A stretch of 64,000 nt of DNA from Candidatus Omnitrophota bacterium (GCA_003154195.1 PMCS01000018.1:44773-108772), one strand, 5' to 3'; counted from the stretch's first letter, positions 25,505 through 34,518 are shown. Notes: generated by a model not told the origin, from the letters alone. Translations and numbers: made by a program.

Positions 25505-26011
25505 TTAGTGTTTTTGTGCCTTAGTGTCTTGGTGGTAAGTTTTTGGTTTTTCTTTAGTCGCTTCGATTATCAATCTTGAAACTTCACCGACGGCTTTTTT
25601 AACCGGCTCCGACAATTCTTCCCCGAAAGAAATATTTTCCGGCTGTATCGCCAACAGATATATATCGGCCTTGATCCGGCTTTGTAAATATTCGATAAAA
25701 AGTTTCGGCGAAATATTATGCGTGGTGAATCCCGAGTTGGCGATTTCCTCGTTTTTCAGGATCCGGTATTGCCCAGTCTCTAAACCCAAGTGCGCCGCGT
25801 CGATGAGTATTACCGTATCGGGTTTTTCTTTGATTATCTTGCCGCTGTGGTTTTCCGGGGCGCTTCCCGCGTCGATGCATACTGCGGCGGTATGATTTTT
25901 TAATCTTTCGATAATTGCCGGACCCAATCCATCGTCCGAGCGTAAAGTATTGCCTATCCCGACAAAAACAATTTTGCCCTTTAGTATATCCTGAAATATA
26001 TTTTTTGCCAT
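25505..26011 (-). CDS. [NiFe] hydrogenase maturation endopeptidase (HycI/HybD family)
   Basis: KIVFVGIGNTLRSDDGLGPAII ... DAG ... VILIDAAH, the typical protease family pattern. Confidence 0.8.
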   Translation of the reverse strand: MAKNIFQDILKGKIVFVGIGNTLRSDDGLGPAIIERLKNHTAAVCIDAGSAPENHSGKIIKEKPDTVILIDAAHLGLETGQYRILKNEEIANSGFTTHNISPKLFIEYLQSRIKADIYLLAIQPENISFGEELSEPVKKAVGEVSRLIIEATKEKPKTYHQDTKAQKH

Positions 26012-26135
26012 ATTAAAGTTTGACCAAAGACCTTTGATGTATTTTCAAAATTTTCTGAAAGAAAATTTTGGTCTTTAGTCTTTGGTCTGTTGTCTTTAGT
26101 CTAATCTTAGTGCTTGGTGGCAGATGTTTTGCTTT

Positions 26136-26747
26136 TTATTCTTTCGTCGTCAAGGTAGTTTCCCGGCGGCAGCGGCTGCAGAGGATTTTTACCCGGTCGG
26201 AACGGCCGAAGTCTTTTAACGCGGAAGTGATATTTTCGTCGATTATACCCAGGCCTTTCAGCTTTGACAGGTAAAGGGTGGGGTTAGAAAAGCTAAGTTC
26301 CCCGATTCTTTCGGCGATCCATTTCAGGTGGTCTTTGCAAGCAATGACCGCGCCGCAAATTTCGCATAACTGTAATTCTTTTTCAATCTCTTCCTGGGAA
26401 AGTTTGCGGTCAAAAAACGACAATTCCCAGTCGTTGGATAATTTAATCCCCTCTTTATCGGCAAGGCAGCCGGCTTCGCACTGGCCGCAAAAAATACAGG
26501 TGTCGGTATAGTGGATCATTTTACGCCGTGGCGATTTGTCATCGATGATATCGACTGATTTTATCGCGCGGACCGGGCAGACCTGTTCGCAGGCGGTGCA
26601 GCCGACACATTTAGCTTCGTTGAACTTAGGTTGCCCCCGGAAACTGGGATAAGGCCTATGCGTTTCGTAAGGGAATTTTGAAGTATACGGCCCTTTCCAC
26701 AACGCTTTTATCGCTTCGATTAATTCTCTCAGTTTAGGCAATCTCAT
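26136..26747 (-). CDS. 2x[4Fe-4S] ferredoxin subunit (NuoI/EchF/MbhN-like) with C-terminal extension
   Basis: CVGCTACEQVCP and CIFCGQCEAGC motifs. Confidence 0.75.
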   Translation of the reverse strand: MRLPKLRELIEAIKALWKGPYTSKFPYETHRPYPSFRGQPKFNEAKCVGCTACEQVCPVRAIKSVDIIDDKSPRRKMIHYTDTCIFCGQCEAGCLADKEGIKLSNDWELSFFDRKLSQEEIEKELQLCEICGAVIACKDHLKWIAERIGELSFSNPTLYLSKLKGLGIIDENITSALKDFGRSDRVKILCSRCRRETTLTTKE

Positions 26748-27046
26748 TTATCCCCGTTTTTTTTAAACGGCTCTATTCCGTTCTTGAGGGCCGCCCGGCT
26801 TATTGCGTGGGCCGCCGTCGGAGTCGTCAATAATATAAAAATCATGCAGATGATGATTTTCGCACCGGCGGCGTTAAGGCCGGTTACCAGAAAGGTCCCG
26901 AATAATATGCCGCATGTCCCGGCAGTGACGCATTTGGTCGCGGCTTGCATGCGGTTATAAACGTCGGGCAGCCTGATGATGCCGATACAGCCGATCACAT
27001 TAAATGCCAGCCCAATACTTATAAATATAAAACCTGCGATAACCAT
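26744..27046 (-). CDS. mrpG: Mrp antiporter-module subunit G (MnhG/MbhB-like)
   Basis: IIRLPDVYNRMQAATKCVTAGTCGILFG, the MnhG signature; 3 TM helices. Confidence 0.85.
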   Translation of the reverse strand: MVIAGFIFISIGLAFNVIGCIGIIRLPDVYNRMQAATKCVTAGTCGILFGTFLVTGLNAAGAKIIICMIFILLTTPTAAHAISRAALKNGIEPFKKNGDK

Positions 27047-27209
27047 AGTTTATATTCCAGTTTTTTTCTTGTGGTTTTGCCACAAGGTATTTTCTCGAAG
27101 GGAAGGTTTGCTCGCCAAAAGTTTCCAACTTTTGGCGGAGTCTCGCTCTTGACGGAGAAACCGCAGGTTTCCAAATATATAAATCAATTCCTGCTTCGCA
27201 GGAATTGAT
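27047..27209 (-). ncRNA. Structured intergenic region (three stem-loops) between mrpF and mrpG
   Basis: Hairpins cttgtggttttgccacaag; gccaaaagtttccaacttttggc; aaatcaattcctgcttcgcaggaattgattt. Confidence 0.3.
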
Positions 27210-27579
27210 TTATTCGTCGAAGCCCTTTCCTTCCAGGTATTTTGCCAGGGCCAGCGTGCTGATAAAGCTTTGCAGCGTCCAGGCAATCGCGATGTCAATA
27301 TACCATGACCGTCCGGTGGGGATGGTAAGGATCGCGCATAGCCCCACGAGCATAACGCCTAAAATATCCAGAACGACGATCCGGTCGGCTCCCGTCGGGC
27401 CTTTAATCAGGCGCCAGAGCAGCAGCAAACAGCAAAGCAAAAGGATAAACAGCGCCCGGCCGAAAAAAGCGACATGAGGCAAGTCGTGATAAAAAAGAAA
27501 CGGCAGAGGTTTTATAATGATCAACCCGATTGCCGACATTAAAGCTATTGCTCCGATAAACCACTTCAATCTTTTCATG
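27210..27579 (-). CDS. mrpF: Mrp antiporter-module subunit F
   Basis: RLIKGPTGADRIVVLDILG, the MnhF signature. Start set at MKRLKW, which is directly preceded by the recurrent start-proximal palindrome. Confidence 0.8.
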
Positions 27580-27645
27580 TTATTCCCCTTATTTTTTTGC
27601 TTAGCAAAAAAATAATTATATAAAAAAATTCCGGAGGGAATTTTT

Positions 27646-28143
27646 TTATTCAAAAATCTTTTTCAACAGCGGTTCGAACTTACCCGCAATCAGCCGTGTC
27701 GCGGTTTCGCTGTCTTCGGCCTTAACGTTAATCCAGTGAATATATAAAATACCTTTATCTTTATCGATATTGACGCACATCGTTCCCGGAATAAGGGTAA
27801 TTGAATTGGCTAAAAAAGTAAGCCCGATATCGCTGGTCAACGATGTTTTTATCTGAACGATCCCCGGGTTAATCGGCAGGTCAGGATGCAGAATACGCCA
27901 GGCAGCGTCAATATTGGCTTTGAGGCACTGCCAGGCAAATAATGGTAAGTAGCCGATTAAAAAATACCCCCAGCGAGAAGGGCGCGTGAACAATCGCGTT
28001 CCGTCGATAAATAAATCGCCGCAGAGTAAAGCCGTCAAGCCGGCCGCGGCAATGCCCGCTAAAAGATGCTGGCTGTCCGGCGGCCAGGATAAAAGCATCC
28101 AAATCGCTAAAGCGGCGATGAATAAAGCTAACCTGCGCCTCAC
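27646..28143 (-). CDS. mrpE: Mrp antiporter-module subunit E
   Basis: SITLIPGTMCVNID, MnhE-like. Confidence 0.8.
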   Translation of the reverse strand: MRRRLALFIAALAIWMLLSWPPDSQHLLAGIAAAGLTALLCGDLFIDGTRLFTRPSRWGYFLIGYLPLFAWQCLKANIDAAWRILHPDLPINPGIVQIKTSLTSDIGLTFLANSITLIPGTMCVNIDKDKGILYIHWINVKAEDSETATRLIAGKFEPLLKKIFE

Positions 28144-29645
28144 TTTATTCCTCCCAGAATCATTAAGCTATGGTTTATTCCTTCCTGCAGGACTCCGCCG
28201 GCTTTGCCCAGAAAAATTTCACGAGCGCCGGCAAAGCCCAGTATTCCGCCGATGACGCAGATGGCCGCCAGGATGGTCATGGACAAGCGCATCAGCCCCG
28301 GCACTTCTTTAATGTCGCCTAAATTTGTGTTGAATTCGCCACCAAAAGCATATTTCATGACCTTGGCGAATGAGGCTAAGGTCATGATGCTGACTAAAAC
28401 CGCCAGGAAGGCGTAACCGAACCGGCCGGCATCGACTAACGCTACGATAATGATTAGTTTGCTCCAGAAACCGTTGAGCGGCGGGATCCCGGCGATGGAC
28501 ATCGACGCGACCAAAGCCGTGGCGCCGGTTACGGGCATCTTTTGCGCCAAACCGCCCATCTTTCTTAAATCGCGTGTTTTCGCGGCATATTCGACTGCGC
28601 CGGAATTTAGAAAGAGCAGAGATTTAAATACCGAGTGGTTAAAAAGATGGAACAGGCCACCGAGGATGCCCAGGGGCGTCCCCAGTCCGATACCTAAAAA
28701 AACATAGCCGATCTGGCTTATCGAATGATAAGCTAACAGGCGTTTAAAATCCCACTGGCCGATCGCCGAGAATACTCCTACTGTCATCGATAACGCGCCT
28801 AAAAACATCAGGACAGCGGAAAACTTCGCGTCCATCCCCAGCACATTAAAAAATAAGCGGCATAATGTATATACGCCTAAGGATTTTATGAGTACGCCGG
28901 AAAGCATCGCGGAAATGGGCGCCGGGGCAGAAGGGTGTGCGTCGGGAAGCCAGCCGTGAAAAGGTACCAGCGCCGCCTTAAGTCCGAATCCCATTATAAA
29001 CATGACGGCTACCATCAACGAGATGTTGCTTTTGCCTTTTTGCAGCAGAGCGCAGGCGATATCCGCCATATTGAGCGTTGAGGTAAAACTGTATAATAGC
29101 CCGATGCCGAGAAGAATGAATAACGACCCGACTGCGCTCATCAGGGTATATTTAAAGGAAGCTTCCAATTCATGACGTCCTGTCCCGAAGGCGACTAACG
29201 CAAAACTTGCGATTGAAGCAATTTCTAAAAAGACGAACAGGTTGAAAATATCGCCGGTGATCACAACACCGTTCATTCCTGCGACCATCAATAAGAATAA
29301 AGCGAAAAATTTTCCTTTTGAGGTGTATCGTTCCATGTACGGCCCGCTGTAAATTGCGATTAAAAAGGCGATTAAATTTACCGTGACCAGCATAAACGCC
29401 GAAAATCCGTCAATCACCAAAGTTATGCCCAGCGGCGGTTTCCAGCTGCCCACGTTATAGATTAAAATCCGGTAAAGACCGACTGCTTTAACCGCGGCCA
29501 GGGACAATATCAGCAGCATTCCCGTAACAATCAGCCCCATCGCGTAAGGAAAATGTTTCATCCTTTTCTCTAAAAGAGAGATCAGGAAAGCTCCCCCTAA
29601 GGAGATGACGATAAAAAGCGGAGCGATATTCGCGGCAGCAATCAT
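28140..29645 (-). CDS. mrpD: Mrp subunit D / NuoN-M-like proton-translocating subunit
   Basis: 14-TM antiporter-like fold; conserved WLPDAH and GIPPLNGF motifs. Confidence 0.85.
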   Translation of the reverse strand: MIAAANIAPLFIVISLGGAFLISLLEKRMKHFPYAMGLIVTGMLLILSLAAVKAVGLYRILIYNVGSWKPPLGITLVIDGFSAFMLVTVNLIAFLIAIYSGPYMERYTSKGKFFALFLLMVAGMNGVVITGDIFNLFVFLEIASIASFALVAFGTGRHELEASFKYTLMSAVGSLFILLGIGLLYSFTSTLNMADIACALLQKGKSNISLMVAVMFIMGFGLKAALVPFHGWLPDAHPSAPAPISAMLSGVLIKSLGVYTLCRLFFNVLGMDAKFSAVLMFLGALSMTVGVFSAIGQWDFKRLLAYHSISQIGYVFLGIGLGTPLGILGGLFHLFNHSVFKSLLFLNSGAVEYAAKTRDLRKMGGLAQKMPVTGATALVASMSIAGIPPLNGFWSKLIIIVALVDAGRFGYAFLAVLVSIMTLASFAKVMKYAFGGEFNTNLGDIKEVPGLMRLSMTILAAICVIGGILGFAGAREIFLGKAGGVLQEGINHSLMILGGIK

Positions 29646-29977
29646 CCTTGCAGCTCCTTGATTTTCGTAACGTCGAATGTTTTATATTTCTCGTAGATTC
29701 GCAAAGCCAGGGCGATAAGTATCGAGGTAAACGCCAGGCCGATGATAATTGAGGTTAAGGCCAGGGCCTGGGGAAGCATATCGACCATGTTTTCGATACG
29801 CGCGTTCGGCGAAAGAATCGCGGAGCGCCCTTCCCGGCGGTAGCCCAGGATTATGAAAAATAGGTTGACCGCGTATTGCGCGATGATCGTCCCGATGATT
29901 ATTTTGATGATATTGCGCTTGCGCACGATACAATAGATGCCCAGACAGAAAAGAATAAGGCACAATAGATAAATCAT
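29642..29977 (-). CDS. mrpC: Mrp subunit C (NuoK-like)
   Basis: IIKIIIGTIIAQYAVNLFFI...LPQALALTSIIIGLAFTSILIALAL. Confidence 0.85.
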   Translation of the reverse strand: MIYLLCLILFCLGIYCIVRKRNIIKIIIGTIIAQYAVNLFFIILGYRREGRSAILSPNARIENMVDMLPQALALTSIIIGLAFTSILIALALRIYEKYKTFDVTKIKELQG

Positions 29978-30429
29978 TACCGGTCATCCTCCCGATTTAT
30001 ACGTAAAAGTATCAGGGCGATAAAAATAGCAAAAAGCCCTGCTCCTACCTTGACGCCGATGGCGATATTATATAAAGGCATAATCCCCGCGCTGAACAAT
30101 CGGAATGGTTCGCCTTTACCGATGAAATTCAGTAAAAAATAACCGCCGGTAAAGCCCAGGCCGGCAAGGGCTAAAAACATCAACGCGCCTAGATTTTCAA
30201 TGAATGATGCCGCCGCCCGGGGTAATTTTTTAAAGGCTGATTCTTTACCGTAAGCGAGCATCAACTGGATAAACGCAAGGGCGATAATCACGCCGCCCAC
30301 GAATCCTCCTCCCGGAGAAACGTGGCCGTGGGAAAGGATGTATATGCCGTATAAGAAAATCGGGCCGGCGGTAAGCCGGGTTACGGTTTTTACGATTAAA
30401 GACATCCCTTTATCTTTTTCGTTATTCAT
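29977..30429 (-). CDS. mrpB: Mrp subunit B
   Basis: GHVSPGGGFVGGVI, the MnhB signature. Confidence 0.85.
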   Translation of the reverse strand: MNNEKDKGMSLIVKTVTRLTAGPIFLYGIYILSHGHVSPGGGFVGGVIIALAFIQLMLAYGKESAFKKLPRAAASFIENLGALMFLALAGLGFTGGYFLLNFIGKGEPFRLFSAGIMPLYNIAIGVKVGAGLFAIFIALILLRINREDDR

Positions 30430-30964
30430 TGTCCAGCCCTGTTTCTTCGTTTTTTCTTCCCTTTCGCCGTAAAATAGTTAATACGCCGATTACTGCCGTA
30501 AAAAGAACTGCTGCTTCGCCCAGAGTGTCGTAAGCCCTGAAATCAAGGATTACCGCGGATACCAGGTTGGTTGCCCCGGTATCTTTTAATCCTTCTTTTA
30601 AATATGCCGATGAGGTTTTTATCGTCGGGTAGCCGAATTGCGGCAGCTCTTTGAAACATTTAACCGCGGTGAAAATAAAAACAAAGATAAAACAAACGGT
30701 AATGACGGTATTTACCAACCACCGGCCGCTGGTGGAAAAAGGCAAGTCTTCTTTCATCGTGGCCCGGATTAATATTATCAGGCTTAATATTTCCACAATC
30801 AACTGGGTGATTGCCACATCGGGAGCTTTAAGGACAAGGAAGGTTAACGAAAGCCCCAGCCCGGTTGCGCCCAGCGCGATTACCGAGGAAAGTAGATCTT
30901 TCGTTTCGACGGCGATCGCCGCGGCGACGATGATGAAAATCAATAAGATGTATAAATCCAGCAT
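30422..30964 (-). CDS. MrpA C-terminal-domain / MnhB-like subunit (DUF4040-type, MbhD/E-like)
   Basis: AITQLIVEILSLI ... NLVSAVILDFRAYDTLGEAAVLFTAVIG. Confidence 0.65.
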   Translation of the reverse strand: MLDLYILLIFIIVAAAIAVETKDLLSSVIALGATGLGLSLTFLVLKAPDVAITQLIVEILSLIILIRATMKEDLPFSTSGRWLVNTVITVCFIFVFIFTAVKCFKELPQFGYPTIKTSSAYLKEGLKDTGATNLVSAVILDFRAYDTLGEAAVLFTAVIGVLTILRRKGRKNEETGLDNE

Positions 30965-31093
30965 AAGCGCCCCTTTATTCTCCTTCGCCGAATACCCTGT
31001 GGCTTGCCACAGGGATGAAGGCTTCTGGTATTTGGCTTCGGAGAAATGAAGATAGATACCCCGCGGGCTTGCCGCGGGGAGTACATTTGTGCT

Positions 31094-32749
31094 TCATTTA
31101 ATGCTCAGCGCGTAAAACAATATAATCATCCCTAGAAGGCACCAGGCCAAATAATTGGAGATTATACCGTTGTGCATACGGTTTAGTATTCCATTAAGCC
31201 AAAAAACAATTTTTTTGCCTGATTCGTACAAGTCAAAGTTTTTCTCTTCCGCTAACCGGTAAATATTTTTAAAAGGCGGCGCATCGCTTATTGTGTTATA
31301 GAATTCGGTCCCGGATACGCGCATTTGAGGATGGTCTTCCAGGATCTCGCCGCCGATAAAGTTCCGGGTTTCCCTCGGTTTTTTGTTTACGCCCAGCCAA
31401 TAAAATAATAAGCCGATAATAATCGCCGACAATAATAAAATCGTCGCAAGCGGAGAATTCCAAACCCCCGGAAAAACTAATCCGGGACCGACGCTGGGGA
31501 TGATATAATTTTTTAACGGCAGTTGGTAGGCGAAGACGCCGAATAATACGCATAGCGCCGCTAAGACGATTCCGACCGCAAGCATCGGCAATGGGGCTTC
31601 TCCCTGCTTTATGCTCGCGTTGGTTTTATCCGCAGGTTGGCCTAAAAACACCGCGTTAATCAATTTCATGAAGCTGGCTAAAGTCAGGGCGCTGCCGAAC
31701 ATTGCCGCCGCGAGGTATATCATCCACAGGGTATTTCCGGTTTTGGCGGAATCCACGATTGCCTGGTAAATCATCCATTTGGAAGCGAAGCCGTTAAAAG
31801 GCGGAATGCCCGAGATGGCCAGCGAAGCGATTAAAAAAGTTATAAAAGTAACCGGCATAAATTTAGCGTAACCGCCGAGTTTATCCAGATCGGTCGTGCC
31901 GGCTTTTTGTTCCACGTTGCCGGCGGAAAAAAAGAGGCATGATTTATAGATGGCATGGTTGAGCATGTGAAACAAACCGGCGGCGATTCCCAAAGCGGTT
32001 CCCGTACCGATACCTAAGACCATGTAACCGACCTGGCTTACGGCATGGTATCCCAGCAGGCGTTTCAGGTCATGCTGGACCAGCGCCATCATTACTGCGG
32101 CTACGATAGTGATGCTCCCCATAACCATTAGCAGGGTGTTCATCGCCGGGTTCATTATAAATAGATTTAACGACAGGCGGCAGAGCAGATAAATACCCAG
32201 AAGTTTGTCTAAAGATGCCGGCAAATACGCCGTTACCGGAGCCGGCGCGTCCTGGGCGGTATCGGGGATCCAGGTATGGAACGGCATTAATCCGGCTTTG
32301 GCGAAAGCGCCGCAGGCTAAGCACAGGTAAGCGGCGATTGCCGTATTCGAATCTAACGCTATCTTAATCTTAGAGATTTCCAGGGTACCGGTGATTTTCC
32401 AGACCATTGCCAGGCCCAATAACATTATCGCGTCGGAACCGCCGATGATAATCAAAGCTTTCTTGGCAGTGGCCGGAGTATTTTTATTTTCTCCAAAACT
32501 GATAAGAAGATATAAAAGCAGGCCTAAAAATCCCCAGAACACTATTAACACCAGAAGATTGCTTGAAAATATAACACCTAAAGATGCGATAAGGGTCAAT
32601 AAAATATAAAGGTAGTAGGGAAAAATATTTTTTCTTCCCCGCATAAAATCAAAAGAGTAAACCGCAGTCAATAGGGTAAACAAAACCGCGAATAGCCCTA
32701 TAAAAATTGAAAGATTGTCCAGTAATAATAATTGCCAGAAATTGTCCAT
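31094..32749 (-). CDS. mrpA: MrpA/NuoL-like antiporter subunit (MbhH-like)
   Basis: Multi-TM; WIPDTAQDAPAPVTAY and GIPPFNGFASKW motifs. Confidence 0.85.
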   Translation of the reverse strand: MDNFWQLLLLDNLSIFIGLFAVLFTLLTAVYSFDFMRGRKNIFPYYLYILLTLIASLGVIFSSNLLVLIVFWGFLGLLLYLLISFGENKNTPATAKKALIIIGGSDAIMLLGLAMVWKITGTLEISKIKIALDSNTAIAAYLCLACGAFAKAGLMPFHTWIPDTAQDAPAPVTAYLPASLDKLLGIYLLCRLSLNLFIMNPAMNTLLMVMGSITIVAAVMMALVQHDLKRLLGYHAVSQVGYMVLGIGTGTALGIAAGLFHMLNHAIYKSCLFFSAGNVEQKAGTTDLDKLGGYAKFMPVTFITFLIASLAISGIPPFNGFASKWMIYQAIVDSAKTGNTLWMIYLAAAMFGSALTLASFMKLINAVFLGQPADKTNASIKQGEAPLPMLAVGIVLAALCVLFGVFAYQLPLKNYIIPSVGPGLVFPGVWNSPLATILLLSAIIIGLLFYWLGVNKKPRETRNFIGGEILEDHPQMRVSGTEFYNTISDAPPFKNIYRLAEEKNFDLYESGKKIVFWLNGILNRMHNGIISNYLAWCLLGMIILFYALSIK

Positions 32750-32751
32750 AA

Positions 32752-33939
32752 TTACTTTTGGCCGTATTTTTTTCTGATTCTCTCGGTTTTTTCCTGAGAA
32801 AGCTTGACCAGATTTTGGCCGTTATAAAGATGTTTTCCTTTTATGTCGCGCACTGCCAGTCGTTCCGTGCAACAATAGCAAGGGTCAATCGCGGCGAGGA
32901 TTATCGTCGCGTCCGAAATGGTTTCGCCTACCACGGTCGCTTTATAGGTGGGGAGATTCATAAAAGTGGGCGCCCTGACTTTATGCCGGACCGGCCGGTT
33001 GGTGCCGTCGCTGCGAACGTAGTGAAAACATTCGCCCCGGGGAGCTTCGATGCGGCCGATGCCTTCACCCGACGGTATATTTTTTATGCCGGCGTCGATT
33101 TCCCCCTGAGGAAGCGCCGTCAAACAGGCTTTTAATATTTTTATCGATTCAAATGCTTCCAGCACGCGGAGCAAAAGTTTGTCGAATACATCGCCGTTGG
33201 GAGTAACGATTATTTGCCAATCTACTTTATCATACGCGGCATAGGGTGAATTTTTTCTTACGTCTTTAGCGACGCCGCTTGCCCTTGCGACTGGGCCCAG
33301 CGCCGAATAATCTATCGCTTCTTCTTTGGTCAGTATTCCTACGCCTTTGGTGCGCGCGTGCAATACCGGGTCGTCAGCTATGGCTTTTTTAAGCATTTCC
33401 AGCGTAGGTATGATTGAATCGATTTTTTTAAGGACAACCGGTATATCCTCGGATTTAATATCGCGGCGTACTCCTCCGGGCTTGAACATCGCGTAGTTAT
33501 TGCGGTTTCCCGAAAGGATTTCCATGACGTCTAAAATTTCTTCTCTTAATTTCCAGGCCCACATGTAGACAGTGTTGTATCCTAAAAAGTGCCCGGCCAG
33601 CCCCAGCCATAAGAGATGGGAATGTATTCGTTCGCCTTCGGCGATGATCGTGCGGATATACTGCGCGCGTAAGGGTATTTCTATTCCGGAGATATCTTCG
33701 ACGGCTTCGACCAGCGCGAAGGGGTGGCTGGTCGAACATATGCCGCAAATACGTTCGACTAAAAATGTAGATTGGTCGAAAGTCTTGGATTCCGAAAGTT
33801 TTTCGATGCCGCGATGGTTGTAGCCTATCCGGACGTCGATATCCACGACGCGCTCGCCTTCCACGGTAAGCGTGAAGAATTCCGGTTCTTCCTGTAAGGG
33901 ATGATACGGCCCGATTGGTACTATAGTTTTTTTTGACAT
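32752..33939 (-). CDS. Group 4 [NiFe] hydrogenase large subunit (EchE/MbhL, NuoD-like)
   Basis: N-terminal RICGICSTSH (RxCGxCxxxH) and C-terminal DPCYCCTER (DPCxxCxxR) Ni-Fe ligand motifs, followed by a ~35-aa C-terminal extension. Confidence 0.85.
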   Translation of the reverse strand: MSKKTIVPIGPYHPLQEEPEFFTLTVEGERVVDIDVRIGYNHRGIEKLSESKTFDQSTFLVERICGICSTSHPFALVEAVEDISGIEIPLRAQYIRTIIAEGERIHSHLLWLGLAGHFLGYNTVYMWAWKLREEILDVMEILSGNRNNYAMFKPGGVRRDIKSEDIPVVLKKIDSIIPTLEMLKKAIADDPVLHARTKGVGILTKEEAIDYSALGPVARASGVAKDVRKNSPYAAYDKVDWQIIVTPNGDVFDKLLLRVLEAFESIKILKACLTALPQGEIDAGIKNIPSGEGIGRIEAPRGECFHYVRSDGTNRPVRHKVRAPTFMNLPTYKATVVGETISDATIILAAIDPCYCCTERLAVRDIKGKHLYNGQNLVKLSQEKTERIRKKYGQK

Positions 33940-33944
33940 ATGTT

Positions 33945-34040
33945 CTAGATGATGATCGCTGATAAAAATAAAGGCAATTGATAATTATTTTTTATCTGTG
34001 GTCATCTGCTTCCTTTGACCTGTGATCATCTGCGCTTACA
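33945..34040. repeat. Intra-operon direct repeats tgtgRtcatctgc x2
   Basis: atctgtggtcatctgcttcctttgacctgtgatcatctgcgc between the large-subunit and NuoC-like genes. Confidence 0.4.
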
Positions 34041-34044
34041 GAAT

Positions 34045-34518
34045 TTATACTCCCCTGTCCCTTATCGCGTCTTTATCCCATTCCTTATAATCGTAGCGTA
34101 AGGGGTAAGAACCATCCGGCCAGTTTTCCGGTAAAAGCAGTTTTCGCAAATCCGGATGCCCGGTGAAATCGATGCCGAGCAATTCGTGCATTTCCCGTTC
34201 AATCCAATTTGCCGCTTCGAAAGTTTTAGCCAGGGAATCGATTCGTGGTGTATCCCGGGAAAGTATTACCCGCAGCGAAACGGTCAGGTTTATATCGTCA
34301 AAAGTGAAATGGTAAAGTATTTCGATATGCCGGCGGCAGTCTATCCCGGAAGCGATATTGAATCTTGCCCCCAGGTCTTTAAACACATAGGTAGAGATTT
34401 TGACTAACGCCTCCGGTTTTATCCCGACATATAACCGCCGGGGCGATTTATCGAAAAAATCAATAATATCGTCTTTAAACCGTTGTTTTAAATTGTCGAG
34501 AATTTCTTGTTTTTGCAT
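34045..34518 (-). CDS. NuoC-like 30-kDa subunit (EchD/MbhK)
   Basis: HFTFDDINLTVSLRV...ANWIEREMHELLGIDFTGHPD. Confidence 0.8.
   Translation of the reverse strand: MQKQEILDNLKQRFKDDIIDFFDKSPRRLYVGIKPEALVKISTYVFKDLGARFNIASGIDCRRHIEILYHFTFDDINLTVSLRVILSRDTPRIDSLAKTFEAANWIEREMHELLGIDFTGHPDLRKLLLPENWPDGSYPLRYDYKEWDKDAIRDRGV

Noticed and set aside
21300-26140. Possible CRISPR array suggested by recurring accaccaagRcac repeats
   Set aside because: The repeats are inverted rather than direct. They are irregularly spaced with full-length protein genes between them, and there are no uniform-length spacers or cas genes.
27050-27298. 82-aa minus-strand ORF between mrpG and mrpF
   Set aside because: It covers three strong hairpins and overlaps the mrpF 3' end. 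Composition looks non-coding, and it has no homolog-like features.
29682-29987. 101-aa ORF overlapping mrpC
   Set aside because: Arg/Pro-rich alternative frame of a well-supported MnhC gene.
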